The position numbers and the translations under genes were made by a program. Shown here piece after piece: positions 1-15,404 of a DNA stretch of 64,000 bases. The stretch spans positions 26,784,001 through 26,848,000 of the forward strand of contig OX597831.1 of assembly GCA_951406725.2 (NCBI GenBank), written 5' to 3'. Under the pieces are notes generated by a model. That model was not told where the DNA came from. It saw only the letters and a list, made by a program, of their open reading frames with translations, and made no database searches. The DNA comes from Octopus vulgaris (taxonomy: Eukaryota). The stretch's first letter is position 1. Every line of letters starts with the position of its first letter.

Positions 1-13
1 CTCCGGCCCGTTC

Positions 14-430
<417 letters not shown>

Positions 431-555
431 ATAATGTAAAAAAGAAAAAAATGAGTGGCGGAGTGTGTGAAATAGGTAGAGTCCGATTTATAGATAAATT
501 TAATAGAGAAAGACACACACATGAAAGTAATATTACGTCGCAGAGAAATTGCAAA

Positions 556-590
<35 letters not shown>

Positions 591-815
591 TGTGTGCGTG
601 CGTGCGTATGGGTGTGTGTGTGTGTGGAGAGAGAAAAGAGGAAGTGATGAGAAGTGGGGAATGATGTCACACCCACGCCGGTATAAAATCAGGTGAGTGA
701 TTCAAAATAACTCCACGCTTCTTCATCAACCTCCCCATACTCTACAGTCAAACACACAGACATACATAGATCTATAGACATACATATATACATACACATT
801 GACAAACTCACGCAC

Positions 816-868
<53 letters not shown>

Positions 869-1084
869 CATCTGAATATACATATATATATATCTATATA
901 TATATATATATATATATATACAACAGTATTGATCACATTGTTGTTCATATACATAATGTAAAATGGGATGTTTTTGCAAATAATGATGTAATGCATGACT
1001 TCTGTAGGTGTTAGTGTGTCTCCATATATATATATGTGTGTATTATATATATATATGTGTATGTGCGTGTATTATTTATATGTT

Positions 1085-1136
<52 letters not shown>

Positions 1137-1294
1137 TACATACACACATACACCCACACACATATATATAAATGAATAGAAAATGAAATTATACAATTTT
1201 CAATTAAAAAATAAAAATTTATTAACATATATTATATTCTTATTTTAATATAATATAATATAATAAAGGATAAAAATTAAATAAAAATTGTATG

Positions 1295-1339
<45 letters not shown>

Positions 1340-1501
1340 TGTGTGTGTGTATATATATATGTATATATGTATGTATGTATGTATGTATCTATATGAACAT
1401 ATTTATGTTTCTATATATCGTATATATTCATATATACGATATATATGATTTATATATGTGTGTGTATATGTACATATAAAAATTCATACCTATATCTACA
1501 G

Positions 1502-1532
<31 letters not shown>

Positions 1533-1594
1533 CATATGTATATATGTATGTATATATATATATACATATTTATATATGTATATATACATATATG

Positions 1595-1648
<54 letters not shown>

Positions 1649-1856
1649 GACATATATTCTTATATATCAGTGTATGGAAAGAGAGAAAGCGGGAGATAGA
1701 AACATCCACAAATGCATAGACATTCGTGCATTAATACGTACATACACACACACACACATATATATATATAGATAGATAGATACATACATACAAACATATA
1801 TATATGTATGTATATGTGTGTATGTTCGTTTACATATATACATATATATGTGCCTG

Positions 1857-1904
<48 letters not shown>

Positions 1905-2473
1905 CATACATACATACATACATACATACATAAATGCAGTCACACAGATACATACATACATACATACATACATACATACATACATACATACATACATGCA
2001 TAAATGCACACATTATGTACGTACATACATTAAATCTTTCTATTTCGAGAAACTAATATTAATCAATTAAGATAATTAAACGATTATGCTAAAAGGTACA
2101 ACCATTAAACTCTATAAATATATATTTCCAATTCTTAATTCCTCCTGAATACTAAAACATGTAGCAGACCATCTTCAGATTTTACGTGTAATTGATTGAA
2201 TAAAATACGGCAAAAGAAATAAGGTGATATCATTTCGGCAAATCGGGTGGAATAAAGACCCTGGATATCTATGAGGAATACCATATATATATATCTTGCG
2301 TCTTTTATTTGCTTCAGGCATTAGACTGCGGCCATGCTGAGGAACTGCCTTGAAGAACATTTAGTCAAATGAATCGACCTCCGGACCTAACACAAATAAT
2401 GGTTCTCTAGCGGTAGAGGGGAACAGACACAAACACACACACATACACATATATATTCTTTTAAAAGTGTCAG

Positions 2474-3190
<717 letters not shown>

Positions 3191-3434
3191 ATATCTACCC
3201 TCACCTAATAATAATTTTTGCAACTTATCTTTATTCTTACTTCCTATACCCTCTATTATTCCCTTCAACTTTTCTTTCCATCTCTCATCAATTCTCTATT
3301 TCCTCGTACCCCCTTTCTCCTTTAACTTTCGTTCCCTCTATCTTCCTCTATACCTTCTCTTCTTGCTTCGCCCTATGACGTGTTTCCTCAACGGCATTTT
3401 TAAATTAGTAGCTTTCCCTTCACAACCTCGCTTT

Positions 3435-3473
<39 letters not shown>

Positions 3474-3701
3474 TGTATGTATGTAGGTGTTCTTGTATTA
3501 TATGCATGTATATTTATATATGTGTGCATGAGTATATATGTGTGTATGTATGTATATGTGTATATATGTTTATGCATATATGTATATGCTTATGCGTGTG
3601 TATGTATATGTGTGTTTATAGGTGTATGCATATATATGTCACGTAATGGAGTTTCTTACATCTTTTAAAATGTCTAATTGATGCTCACTGTTGTTTATAA
3701 C

Positions 3702-3780
3702 CTCCCTGATGAGATTGATGCATTGCTCCACATTATTCATCCTGTCCGATTTATTTTGAATGCGTCCATCGCAATGAAGA
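3702..3780 (+). ncRNA. Degenerate type I hammerhead ribozyme motif downstream of the PLE remnant
   Basis: CTGATGA at 3706-3712. Stem II is GATTGATGCATT/AATGCGTCCATC. GAAA is mutated to GCAA (3771-3774) and stem I is poor. Confidence 0.45.
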
Positions 3781-3855
3781 TATAAATGATTTAACGATAT
3801 CTTGAGCATTTGTTTCCATTTTCAATTTTTCCTATATATATATATATATATATAT

Positions 3856-4060
3856 AAATTAGAAAAAAACACCTTTTATCAATTCAAAATGAACAATTAA
3901 ATTACATCATCTACGTTTTTATTATTTTTTTGCAATTTACATAATCATTGATATTTTATTGTTATTTTAATTTTAATATTTCTATTATATGTAATTTTCT
4001 AGATGGTGTAATTTAATTGTTCATTTTGAATTGGTAAAAGGTGGGGTTTTTTTCTAATTT
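3856..4060. repeat. Inverted repeat (~58-bp arms) flanked by (TA)n; probable inverted pair of retroelement ends
   Basis: 3856-3913 AAATTAGAAAAAAACACCTTTTATCAATTCAAAATGAACAATTAAATTACATCATCTA is a near reverse complement of 4000-4060. Confidence 0.8.
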
Positions 4061-5011
4061 ATATATATATATATATATTATATTGTGTGAAATTTGGTTT
4101 AGTATTTCTAAATTGAATTTTTTTTTCCCTGTAAGTTTGGATTTATATTCCCTCAAATAATTATTATATATATATATATATATTTACACATACGATGGGC
4201 TTCTTTCAGTTTCCATCTACCAAATACACTCAGAATGCTTTGGTCGGCCCGAGGCTCTAGCAGAAGACACTTGCCCGAAGTACCACACAGTGGGACTGAA
4301 CCCAGAACCATATGTTTGGGAAGCAAACTTTTTACCACACGGTCACGCTATACATAGCTCCTGTTTATTGTAAACCGCCATAAGCATGTATGTGGGTAAC
4401 TGATCGTAAAGGATCCTCTGTGTGTGTGTAAACGTTACCGTTATATGTGAATTTTGCTGGAAAATTGGCTATGGTTGCACTTATGGTGTTACTAAGTTTA
4501 TGACCAGCAACGTTCGTATGGTTTATGACCAGCAAGTATATTTTTTTAATCTCTTCGCCTCTTAGAAGAATGTCAAGTAGGGAAGGTCATATGAGATATA
4601 TACTGTTATATTTCTGTTCGTTTGTATATGGCTTAGACATAAAATATGTTTGATGGCATGGATAAAAAAAAAATGGCTCTCCGTCGGTTACGACGACGAA
4701 TATTTCATTGATTCGAAATTTACGAGCAAATGGCTGAGCACTCCACAAATACGCGCACCCTTAATGTAATTCTCAGTGAAATTCAGCCTAACACCGGATA
4801 TAATACGGCTGGCCCTTTGAAATATAGGTACAGCTTTTGTTTTACCAGCTGAATGGACAGGAACAGCGTGGAATAAAGTGTCACAAGGCGCTGCCAAGAG
4901 TAAAACTCACGATCTTACGGTCGTGATAACGATCGTATCGAAACTACACTGTCACTCACTTTTACACTGACATGGTTAATTTGCTAAAAGAAAAAAAAAT
5001 TAACAAAGATT

Positions 5012-5208
5012 TACTCTTTTACTTGTTTCAGTCATTTGACCGTAGCCATGCTGGAGCACCGCCTTTCGTCCAAGAAATCGACCCCAGGACTTATTCTTTG
5101 TAAGCCTAGTACTTATTCTATCGGTCTCTTTTGCCGACGACATAAACACACCAGCATCGGTTGTCAAGCGATGTTGGGAGACAAACACAGACACACAAAC
5201 ATATACAC

Positions 5209-5284
<76 letters not shown>

Positions 5285-5446
5285 GTCGAGTTTCTTTCAG
5301 TTTCCGTCTACCAAATCCACTCACAAGGCTTTGGTCGGCCCGAGGCTATAGTAGAAGACACTTGCCCTAGGTGCCACACAGTGGGACTGAACCCGGAATC
5401 ATGTGGTCGGTAAGCAAACTACTTACCACACAGCCACTCCTGCGCC
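5012..5446 (-). mobile_element. tRNA-derived SINE family A, near full length, with internal (TA)n
   Basis: Minus-strand head GGCGCAGGAGTGGCTGTGTGGTAAG (A box) ..GGGTTCAGTCCC (B box), tail ..TGACTGAAACAAGTAAAAGAGTA. About 20 copies or fragments occur in the window. Confidence 0.9.
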
Positions 5447-6037
5447 TATTTGTAATTTTTTTTTTTCTTTCTCAAACCTGAACAACTAAAAATTGAGATA
5501 TATTTTTGGCATTGTGGGTCAAGGTACAAGTCAGAGAAATCACGAGAGCAGAAATTTTAGAGGTAAGAGTTTCGCCATCGTGTTGGAATTATCAATCAGG
5601 TAGTGTATTGCGAACATGAAAAGGTAAAAAAGAACAGTTTGTATAGGTCGTTCGGAATGGGAAGAGCTTGGGCTTTGCACTAGCTTTTTAAAGTTGATGG
5701 ATGATGTATGCATGCATACATTCTATGGCCCAGAGTCAACTCCTTTGATGAAGTGAACATATAGCTGGTCTCGCTAGACTTAACGAACGGGATGAGATAA
5801 TCCGTAGAAGTAATTGCCATAGGCGTATCCACTCAGCTCAACACGAAAACTGAATCTCCTTTGAACTATGAGCTCTACAGGAGCATAATGGTGGAACTAC
5901 GTGTATGTATATATATATATATATAATAAGGGTGAAAAATTGAATATTATTAATTTGGATAATATCAATCTAAAACCAGTGGCCTAGCATAGTGAAAAAT
6001 CTGAAGATTCAGAAAAATTATATTACATATATATATA

Positions 6038-6434
6038 TCTTTATATATAAAAGTCAAGTTGTGTGTCTGTCTCCTACGATTTAGATTCCTAACTACTCCC
6101 ACATTTTGCGGTGCAGTGTAACCAAAACCGGGTATCTTATAGTCGTGATTTATATCGAGCCCTTCTGGGTATTAGCGCGCGTCTACGATGAGTGTACGAT
6201 TTTAAAAAAAATTACCATCATTTTTTTCCATTTTAATGCATTTTTTTCGCTATTATATAAGGGAAGTAACTCTCTAAAAATGTCTACGATGAGTCAACGA
6301 TTTAAAAAAAAATTTACCATCATTTTTTTTCCATTTTTAATGCATTTTTTTGCTATTATTTGGCTATAACTCTCTAAAAATGCTTATATAATTATTTCCC
6401 TTACAAACCCGAGCAACGCCGGGCGATACTGCTA

Positions 6435-6435
<1 letters not shown>
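6038..6435 (+). mobile_element. Non-autonomous Helitron
   Basis: 5' A|TC start inside (TA)n. 3' GC hairpin CCCGAGCAACGCCGGG, then CTAG at 6432-6435. No TSD. Confidence 0.85.
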
Positions 6436-6469
<34 letters not shown>

Positions 6470-6508
6470 TGTATGCGCGGGTGTAAGTATGTATGTATCT
6501 ATTTCTCT

Positions 6509-6544
6509 ATCTATTCTCGGCTTTTTGGCTAAGATCAGGGTGTA

Positions 6545-6546
<2 letters not shown>
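6509..6546 (+). pseudogene. U2: 5' fragment of U2 snRNA (about nt 1-37)
   Basis: ATCTATTCTCGGCTTTTTGGCTAAGATCAGGGTGTAGT versus metazoan U2 5' end ATCGCTTCTCGGCCTTTTGGCTAAGATCAAGTGTAGT. It stops at the branch-point pairing sequence. Confidence 0.85.
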
Positions 6547-6598
<52 letters not shown>

Positions 6599-6794
6599 AT
6601 ATATCGTAATACCATACCTTTCAGCTATTTCTGATGATTGCTACAGCTGGTTATCAACTTCTGGTATGAAACCAATCGGAAATTTGTTTCTTATGAGACT
6701 AAAATTGCTTGCCAGGTGCCAAGAAATTTGTAAACCATTATTAAGGTTATAGTTGTTGTTGTTCTTGTTGCTGCTGCTCCTTTTGTTGTTTTTA

Positions 6795-7020
6795 TCAAGG
6801 CAGCGAGTTGGCAGAATCGTTAACACGCCGCTGGTCAGAGTACTTAGCGGTATTTCATCCGTGTTAACGTTCTGAGTTCAAATTTCGTCGGTGTCGATTT
6901 TCCCTTTTATTCATTCGAGAGAGATGAAATACGGTAAGTACTATTAGAAACAAGGATCGAAGTAATCGACTAACCACCAACCCCCAAGCTTTCAAACTTC
7001 GTATCCAAAATGAATAAGAA
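6795..7020 (-). mobile_element. Diverged SINE family B-like segment
   Basis: Contains GCGAGTTGGCAGAATCGTTAA and ACGTTCTGAGTTCAAATT motifs shared with family B. These motifs read on the + strand, so the orientation is uncertain. Confidence 0.5.
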
Positions 7021-7081
7021 CTAATATTACTCTTATAGATAATAGTAATAATACATCTATGTAAAGAAAAATATTCGTGCA

Positions 7082-7147
<66 letters not shown>

Positions 7148-7161
7148 TGAGAGTGAGTGAC

Positions 7162-7595
<434 letters not shown>

Positions 7596-7988
7596 AAAAC
7601 TACATGCATATATATTTCTATATATCAAGTATACACACATACACACACACACATGCTTGTGCATATGTTTGTGTGTGTGTGTGTATCTATGAGTGTGTTA
7701 GAATTTTGAAAACGAAAGATAAAAGTGCTTACTGCAATGATGTAATGCACGCGCGCGCGCGCGAACGTGTCTGTGCATGCGAGTGTTGCTTTCTCTGTGA
7801 GCGTTTGTTACATGTCACTGCTGTGTTCGTGTGTACTTATATGTGTGTGTGCGCGCGTGTGTGTGTGTGTGTGCGTGCGTGTGCGCATGCGTATGTGTTT
7901 CTGTTAATTTTATACAACTGTATTGCAGCTGATAAAATATTTTGAATGAATGAAATACTCGAAAAACACCATAAAAATGCTGATGGTG

Positions 7989-8065
<77 letters not shown>

Positions 8066-8127
8066 TGCTGTTGTAGTAGTCATTGAATATTTATCTGTAC
8101 AAATATTGTGAAAATGTGTTTTTAAGA

Positions 8128-8166
<39 letters not shown>

Positions 8167-8347
8167 TACATATATATATAGATAGATATAGATATATATT
8201 AATGTATATGTATATACGCAAATATATTTACATGTTTGTGTATATGTATGTGCCTATGCGTGTATGTGTGTGCATATATTTATATGATTACACATAATTT
8301 ATACATGTATACAAATATATATATGTATATATACAAATATATATATG

Positions 8348-8397
<50 letters not shown>

Positions 8398-8544
8398 CAT
8401 ATATATACATATATATATATATATGTATATATATATACATATATATATATATACATATATATACATATATATATACGTACATATACTTATATATTATATA
8501 TATACACATATACATATATATATATATACATATACATATATACA

Positions 8545-8576
<32 letters not shown>

Positions 8577-9569
8577 CGTATATATATACATACATACATA
8601 TACATACATGCCTCACTCTCTCTCTCTCTCTCTCTCTCTCTGTATCTATCTATCTCTCTCTATATATATATCATGTACGTATACCTATACATATATACCT
8701 GTGCATGTACATATATTAATCATATTTATACGTATATGTTTATATGACCGATTGCACTTTACTTGCATGTATGCATGTGTGTGTATGTGTGTATGTCTGT
8801 CTCTGTGTATCTGTGTACGTGTATCTATGTACGTGTTTCTCGGCGTGTTTTTCTAAATGTTCATCTGATACCAAAATTAAGAATCCTCAGCACCGTACTA
8901 CTTTACTTGATTAAATCAATTAAGGTGATGTATGACGTCATTGATCAGCTGATATAACCAATGGGTTGGTGATGGAGAATGAAGGAAGGAGAAAGTGAGA
9001 TATGTAATCTAGGTGAGTAGTGATGTTACTAGATGTGATCAATTCGCTGGAGTTATTGCAATTCAAATTAGTTATGAATGAAGACGTCACTCGTTGGAGA
9101 AAGCCAAAAGGATCCTCCGTCGGCTTCGCCGATGATTATTTTCTTGCTTCAATAACTTAACTTCTTTCTCGATGAAGGATAGTGCTTATGGTTAAGCAAT
9201 GTTACGTCTTGGTGTGTACAAGTGGAACAAGAAAATGAAATTTGCTTCCTGACAGTTAACAGTTCGATCCTATAGCACGGCATGTTGGGTAAATATCTTC
9301 TACGTATATACTTACATATATACATACATGTATACATAAATACATACATAAAACAAAACATTGAAATCTGCACATATACATATAGACATACAAAAATACC
9401 CCGTTGATGTTAAAGTTCCATTGAAGGAGCCTTGGATCTTGATTGGAAAGCACATCTGCGTCTTCACATTAATCCAACGTATATATAGGAGATTTTATTT
9501 TGAATAGAATATACATAGCATTTCAAATATCTGTTGAATTGTGTATATATATATATATATATATATACA

Positions 9570-9950
9570 CAGAAAACACGGACGGGATATTCGAAGCCTT
9601 CAATCTTCAGTCAAGAACCGGATCATCCTCGCAATTTCGGCTGATTAATCTTGAGATTGCTCCGACCTGGCCAGCCCCAAAGGAATATCTAAGCCAAGCG
9701 CATTAGATTCCTTGGAAGAAAGCCTCGAATGTGTACAAAAGAAAGACGGGAAAACGGACGATGTTACACGACTAAGAATACAAAAATACGTAAAAACAAT
9801 AATGATAACACGAATAAGAATACGAAAATAGGGAAAAACAATAATGATAATATTAATAACAAAAACAGGACGTCACAGACAGGCGTCTTTTCGACAGGAC
9901 GGGTTCTAAATGTTTTGCGTTCTTGTCCCAGTTTGTATTTTTTTACATAT
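9570..9950 (-). mobile_element. Short repeat family G (probable PLE-type end) followed by an inverted copy of its tail
   Basis: TCTTCAGTCAAGAACCGGATCATCCTCGCAATTTCGGCTGATTAAT recurs at ~55110-55156 (-) and ~61255-61310 (+). Confidence 0.65.
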
Positions 9951-10001
9951 ACATATATATATAGCGACGCCCGTACCCTTTTTGGTCTTGTATGTAAGTA
10001 C

Positions 10002-10076
<75 letters not shown>

Positions 10077-11072
10077 CGCGAGACGCGTGAATATTTCACG
10101 GAATCAATGGTAAAAGTTGGATTATTTCTGAAAACTTTATCCAAAAAAACTGAAAGCGTTGCTTGTGTTGTGTCTGTATCAAAAGATAGTCGCTCATTTG
10201 CTATTTATTGAAAAGAAAAGGACATTGGAATACGATGATTACTTAATTCACTTTATATGCTTTATGCACAATTTTATAGACTTAATACTCTCCCTCTTTC
10301 TCTCTCCTTTTTCTTTTGCTCTTCGCCTTTTCCTTCAGCTAATCATGTGAGAGCGTTACAGACGGGCTAAGTAACGAAGGAAAAAAAACTTAGTTTAAAA
10401 AAATTGCACATTTCATTCACCGCCACCTCGACCTAATTAGATAGAATCCCGACGTCGATCAGCAACTGGTGCGAAAGCGAGGTCAACCTCACAAGCTTCC
10501 AAACAAAACGGATTTCATTTCACCCTGAAACCTAAACAACAAACAACTAACGGTATTCAGTTCGCTTCAAGCCTAGCAGGTTGGAAGACCCTGAAAGAAC
10601 CTGCACAGAAAATTATGTCGAGTTGCATGTGCAGCTGCAGATACTCGGTGCTCTGGAAACACGTGTCAGGCATCATAACCAAAAAAATATGGTGCATGAA
10701 ATTGTAAAATAAAAGGAAATAAATGTTGAGGATATACCAGTCACCATATTCTCTGTCGTTATGATTATCTCTTATGTATGTGTGTATGTTTTTTCAATGT
10801 GTACAAATAATACGGATAAAATAAATAAATAGTTACCAGGGTACCAAACATTCACATAAGTACAAAGGATGTAACAGTCTTCTCGTTAAGGTAGAAAGTC
10901 CAGGGTTTAGTGAAATGTTTTTGGATCACATAGATGAATAAAGAAACTCAGTTAAACGCAGGTGTTACTCAAATATTTATACTTCTATTCCCTCTGGAAT
11001 AATACCAATGTTTTCTTCGAAACATATGTCGGAAGTATGAAGATTTGAATAACACCTGCGTTAACTCCATTT

Positions 11073-11132
<60 letters not shown>

Positions 11133-12269
11133 ACACACACACATACATATATATATATAGAGAGAGAGACACACACACACACACACATACTAATTGTAAG
11201 TGTGGGTGCCGGGTAGCACCTACATTGCTAGAAATAAGAGTTAAAAATCTCTTAGAGCCGCAAGAAAGCACATTTTTATATGCTGACAGGGGAGATAACC
11301 GTCCCATAGTGAAGCTAGAACACTATACTATAGTTTTGTTTGAAAATTACAAGGTCATCAGTAGTGACTACTCCATCGCTGGATGGTTTAGCTAAATGCT
11401 GACTGTCATTATGTATATTTACTATATGAATTTATGGCTGATTCAACAAAATGCTAATATGAAAATTAGAAAATAACGAATATGCAACATAAAACCAAAT
11501 GGTTTTATATTGCGTATAAAAAAAATTCGTTATTTTGTACATATACACAGCAGACACGAACAACATGGCTAAGACATCTCAGTATACCTAGCGGGACATC
11601 CCCTTTCTTTATGAACTTGATGTGACACAACTAGACAGACTGATGCAACACAGTATGATGCACAAAATCCTACCTATAACAGACGGTTTCAGGATGATTC
11701 GAAGCGATCGTCGTACTGAATAAAGACTAGTACCAAATCTATCTTCCGGTTCGATCATCAATCATTACTTTGTGTGTGTGTGTGGGCGCGCGCACGCTCG
11801 TTGCCCCCTCCCGTGCGTATGTGTATGTATGTATGTATGTATACTAATCATATCTGTCGGGCATGTGGAAGGGGGTGCAATTCGGCAGGAGGACTTAAAT
11901 GACATGCAAAAGTACATGAAGCCCAGTTACAACTACAGCCGGCTATTACCGGTAAAGGTTTTAGTTGCCAATTTTGTACTAGACATTGTAGATCTTTAGC
12001 TGGGCTAAAAAGTCACATTCGATCACAACACCAGTAACAGGTAAGCTTCGTGCAATGGCCATACTCGATAACGAGGGGGGCAGCCATAATAATAATGTAT
12101 ATAAGGGGGTTTTAATCCAAGCTGTGTTTCCGTGAAGCACATCGGTATGTTCACATTAATCCAGTGTATGAATATAGATGTTTTATTTTAAATGTGATAT
12201 ACATAACGTATGAAATCTGTAGTGAATACAATTTGTAGACTGGAAAAATTGGTATATTTTTAATTCCAT

Positions 12270-12362
12270 GTTACACATGTTTCGCTACAAGATAGGAGTC
12301 AGAAAGACATAAATGTAGAATATAACATATATAGAATCTCCTGTCTGTGACTCTTCAGACAA
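12270..12362 (-). ncRNA. Degenerate type I hammerhead motif with long stem II
   Basis: Minus strand: CTGAAGA, stem II GTCACAGACAGGAG/CTCCTATCTTGTAGC, GAAA, palindromic ACATGT. The cleavage nucleotide is G and stem I is unpaired, so it is probably inactive. Confidence 0.5.
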
Positions 12363-12414
12363 ATATTGAATCTTTGTCTCAGGTATTGGAGGAATGGAAA
12401 CGTGTGCTAACTTA

Positions 12415-13003
12415 AGGCGGTGAGCTGGCAGAAACGTTAGCACGCCGGGTGAAATGCTTAGCGGTATTTCGTCTGCCGTTACGTTCTGAGCTCAAATTCC
12501 GCCAAGGTCCACTTTGCCTTTCATCCTTTCGGGGTCGATAAATTAAGTACCAGTTACGCACTGGGGTCGATGTAATCGACCTAATACCTATGTCTGTCCT
12601 TGTTTGTCCCCTGTGTGTTTAGCCCCTTGTGGGTAATAAAGAAATAGGTATTTCGTCTGCCGTTATGTTCTGAGTTCAAATTCCGCCGAGGTCCACTTTG
12701 CCTTTCATCCTTCCGGGGTCGATTAAATAAGTACCAATTACGCACTGAGTGTCGATATAATCGACTTAATCCGTTTGTCTGTCCTTCTTTGTCCTCTCTA
12801 TGTTTAGCTCCTCGTGGGTAGTAAAGAAATATGTATTTCGTTTGCCGCTACGTTCTGAGTTCAAATTCCGCCGAGGTCGACTTTGCCTTTCATCCTTTCG
12901 GGGTCGATTAAATAAGTACCAGTTACGCACTGACGACTTAATCCGTTTGTCTGTCCTTGTTTGTCCCCTCTGTGTTTAACCCCTTGTGGGCAATAAAGGA
13001 ATA
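12415..13003 (+). mobile_element. SINE family B trimer with 16-bp TSD
   Basis: Head GGCGGTGAGCTGGCAGAAACGTTAG once, body repeated three times. TSD GGAAACGTGT(G/T)CTAAC at 12396-12411 and 13004-13019. Confidence 0.92.
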
Positions 13004-13184
13004 GGAAACGTGTTCTAACAACTTCATAAGAAAGTGTCTTGATATCTTATCGAGTTTTCAAGCAGTTAAATCTCAGTGGCACAACTGCAAAGCTTCAGCA
13101 GTAAAAGCTTGTACTCACATGAGGTTGTGGGATCCTATGGAAGCTATTGTTGGTGTGACCCATTAAGTAGTGTGTGTGTGGGGG

Positions 13185-13553
13185 GGAAGCACTCCGTCGG
13201 TTACGACGACGAGGGTTTCGGTTGATCCGATCAACGGAACAGCCTGCTCGTGAAATTAACGTGTAAGTGGCTGAGCACTCCACAGACACGTGTACCCTTA
13301 ACGTAGTTCTCGGGGATATTCAGCGTGAGACAGAGAGTGACAAGGCCGGCCCTTTGAAATACAGGTACAACAGAAACAGGAAGTAAGAGTGAGAGAAAGT
13401 TATGGTGAAAGAGTACAGCAGGGATCACCACCATCCCGGAGCTTTAGTTGTTTTTCGCTCAATAAACACTCACAACGCCTGGTCTGGGAATCGAAACCGC
13501 GATCCTACGACCGCGAGTCCGCTGCCCTAACCATTGGGCCATTGCGCCTCCAC
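13185..13553 (-). mobile_element. tRNA-derived SINE family C with 12-bp TSD
   Basis: Head GGAGGCGCAATGGCCCAATGGTTAGGGCAGCGG..GGTTTCGATTCCC. TSD CCATTAAGTAGT at 13160-13171 and 13555-13566. Confidence 0.92.
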
Positions 13554-13880
13554 TCCATTAAGTAGTATTGATAGTATTGTGATAGAAACGTATTGGAAGT
13601 GCCCAGGTACGACTTGGAAATAAGGGGAGCGATAACAGCTGAGCTGTAGAGAAAACACGGCAAACAGAAGAGGGTAGATAAAAATCAAAATGTTGTCTCA
13701 ATAAAATAAGGAGGACAATTTATATATACATATCAAGGCCAGAGATTTTGGCAAGCGTGAACAGAATAGGTTAAGTAAGACACAAGCAGTGGGGGGCCAA
13801 TGTTTATTGGTAACATGGGAGACAGCGAAGAAATAATGGAAACTATCATAAAATATGATGTGAAAATGGAGACATATATA

Positions 13881-14110
13881 TTTCTTTATTGCTCACAAGG
13901 GGCTAAACATAGAGGGGACAAACAAGTACAGACAAAGGGATTAAGTCGACTATATCGACCCCAGTGCGTAACTGGTACTTTTATTTATCGACCCCGAAAG
14001 GATGAAAGGCAAAGTCGACCTCGGCGGAATTTGAACTCAGAACGTAACGACAGACGAAATACTGCCAAGCATTCCACCCGGCGCGCTAACGTGTCTGCCA
14101 GCTCGCCGCC
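13881..14110 (-). mobile_element. SINE family B monomer with 10-bp TSD
   Basis: Reverse complement of the 12415 unit. TSD GAGACATATA at 13869-13878 and 14115-14124. Confidence 0.9.
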
Positions 14111-14485
14111 TTTTGAGACATATAGTTTATTATTCCGCCCGAAAACGGTATATCATGTGCTAGGATCAACGACCAATCTTAAACGGCATGGATAGACCGA
14201 AACAACGAATTATTTTTTGGTGTGGAGGTTACACATTACTTGAACATAGTCTGAAAGTATATGAGTGGTAATATAAACGGGTCTTGAATATTGTTGCTGG
14301 TACACTAAAACAGCATTGCATCATCATTATGTTCATCATAACCATCATCCCCGTCGTCGTCAACACCATCATCATGATCATCAACAGCAACATAGATACA
14401 AAGAAATACACACACGCGCGTGAGTGTGTGTATGTATGTACTTCCTTGTGTGTGTATGTAAATATATATACACATCCACACGCAA

Positions 14486-14596
<111 letters not shown>

Positions 14597-15023
14597 CACA
14601 TACATATGTGTGTGTGTATGTTTGCGTGTCTGTGTTTACGTCCCCGTAACTTAGATGTTCGGCAAAGAAACCGATAGAATAAGTACTAGGATTACAAAGA
14701 ATAAGTTCTGGGGGCGATTTGTTCGACTAAATGCAGTGCTCCAACATGGCCACAGTCAAATGACTGAAACAAATAAAAGAATACACACACACACACACAC
14801 ACACAAGCATATATATATATATATATATATATATGTATACACACACACACATATATATAGTAGAATAAGAAATAGATATAGAAAGTCCCCTGTACTGTGA
14901 AAAAGTGAAAATAAATGGCTTTTCTGGTAATTTTTGCAAGTTATGAACATTTAATTCTTAAAGTGGAAAAGTTATCAGAAAAGACATTTTTTCAAATATA
15001 TATATATATATGTATATATATAT

Positions 15024-15358
15024 ACGCAGGAGTAGGTATGTAGTAAGTAGCTTGCTTACCTACCCACATGGTCCCTGGTTCAGTCCTACTGCGTGGCACC
15101 TTGGGCAACTGTCTTCGGGCCGACCAAATCCTCGTGAGTGGATTTGGTAGACGGAAACTGGAAGAAGCCCGTCGTATATGTATGTTTTGACAACCGATAC
15201 TGGTATGTTTACGTCCTCGTAACTTAGCAGTACAGCAAAATACACCGATAGAATAAGCATAGACTTACAAAGGATAAGCTCGGGGGGGGTGTCGATTTGC
15301 TCGACTAGAGCCGGTGCTGGAGGATGGCCGCAGTCAAATGACTGAAATAAGTAAAAGA
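15024..15358 (+). mobile_element. SINE family A
   Basis: Head, central GAGTGGATTTGGTAGACGGAAACTG and tail motifs are all present. Confidence 0.85.
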
Positions 15359-15404
15359 ATATATACGCGCATATAACGATATATATAAAAAAAACGATAA
15401 ACGT

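Noticed and set aside
660-700. TATAAAA followed by CAG|GTGAGT as promoter and first exon
   Set aside because: The donor lies only a few nt after the TATA-like motif, upstream of where transcription would start.
11772-11999. Non-repetitive peptide GHVEGGAIRQEDLNDMQKYMKPSYNYSRLLP as a host exon
   Set aside because: No recognisable domain and no convincing splice acceptor, so it cannot be supported without transcript data.
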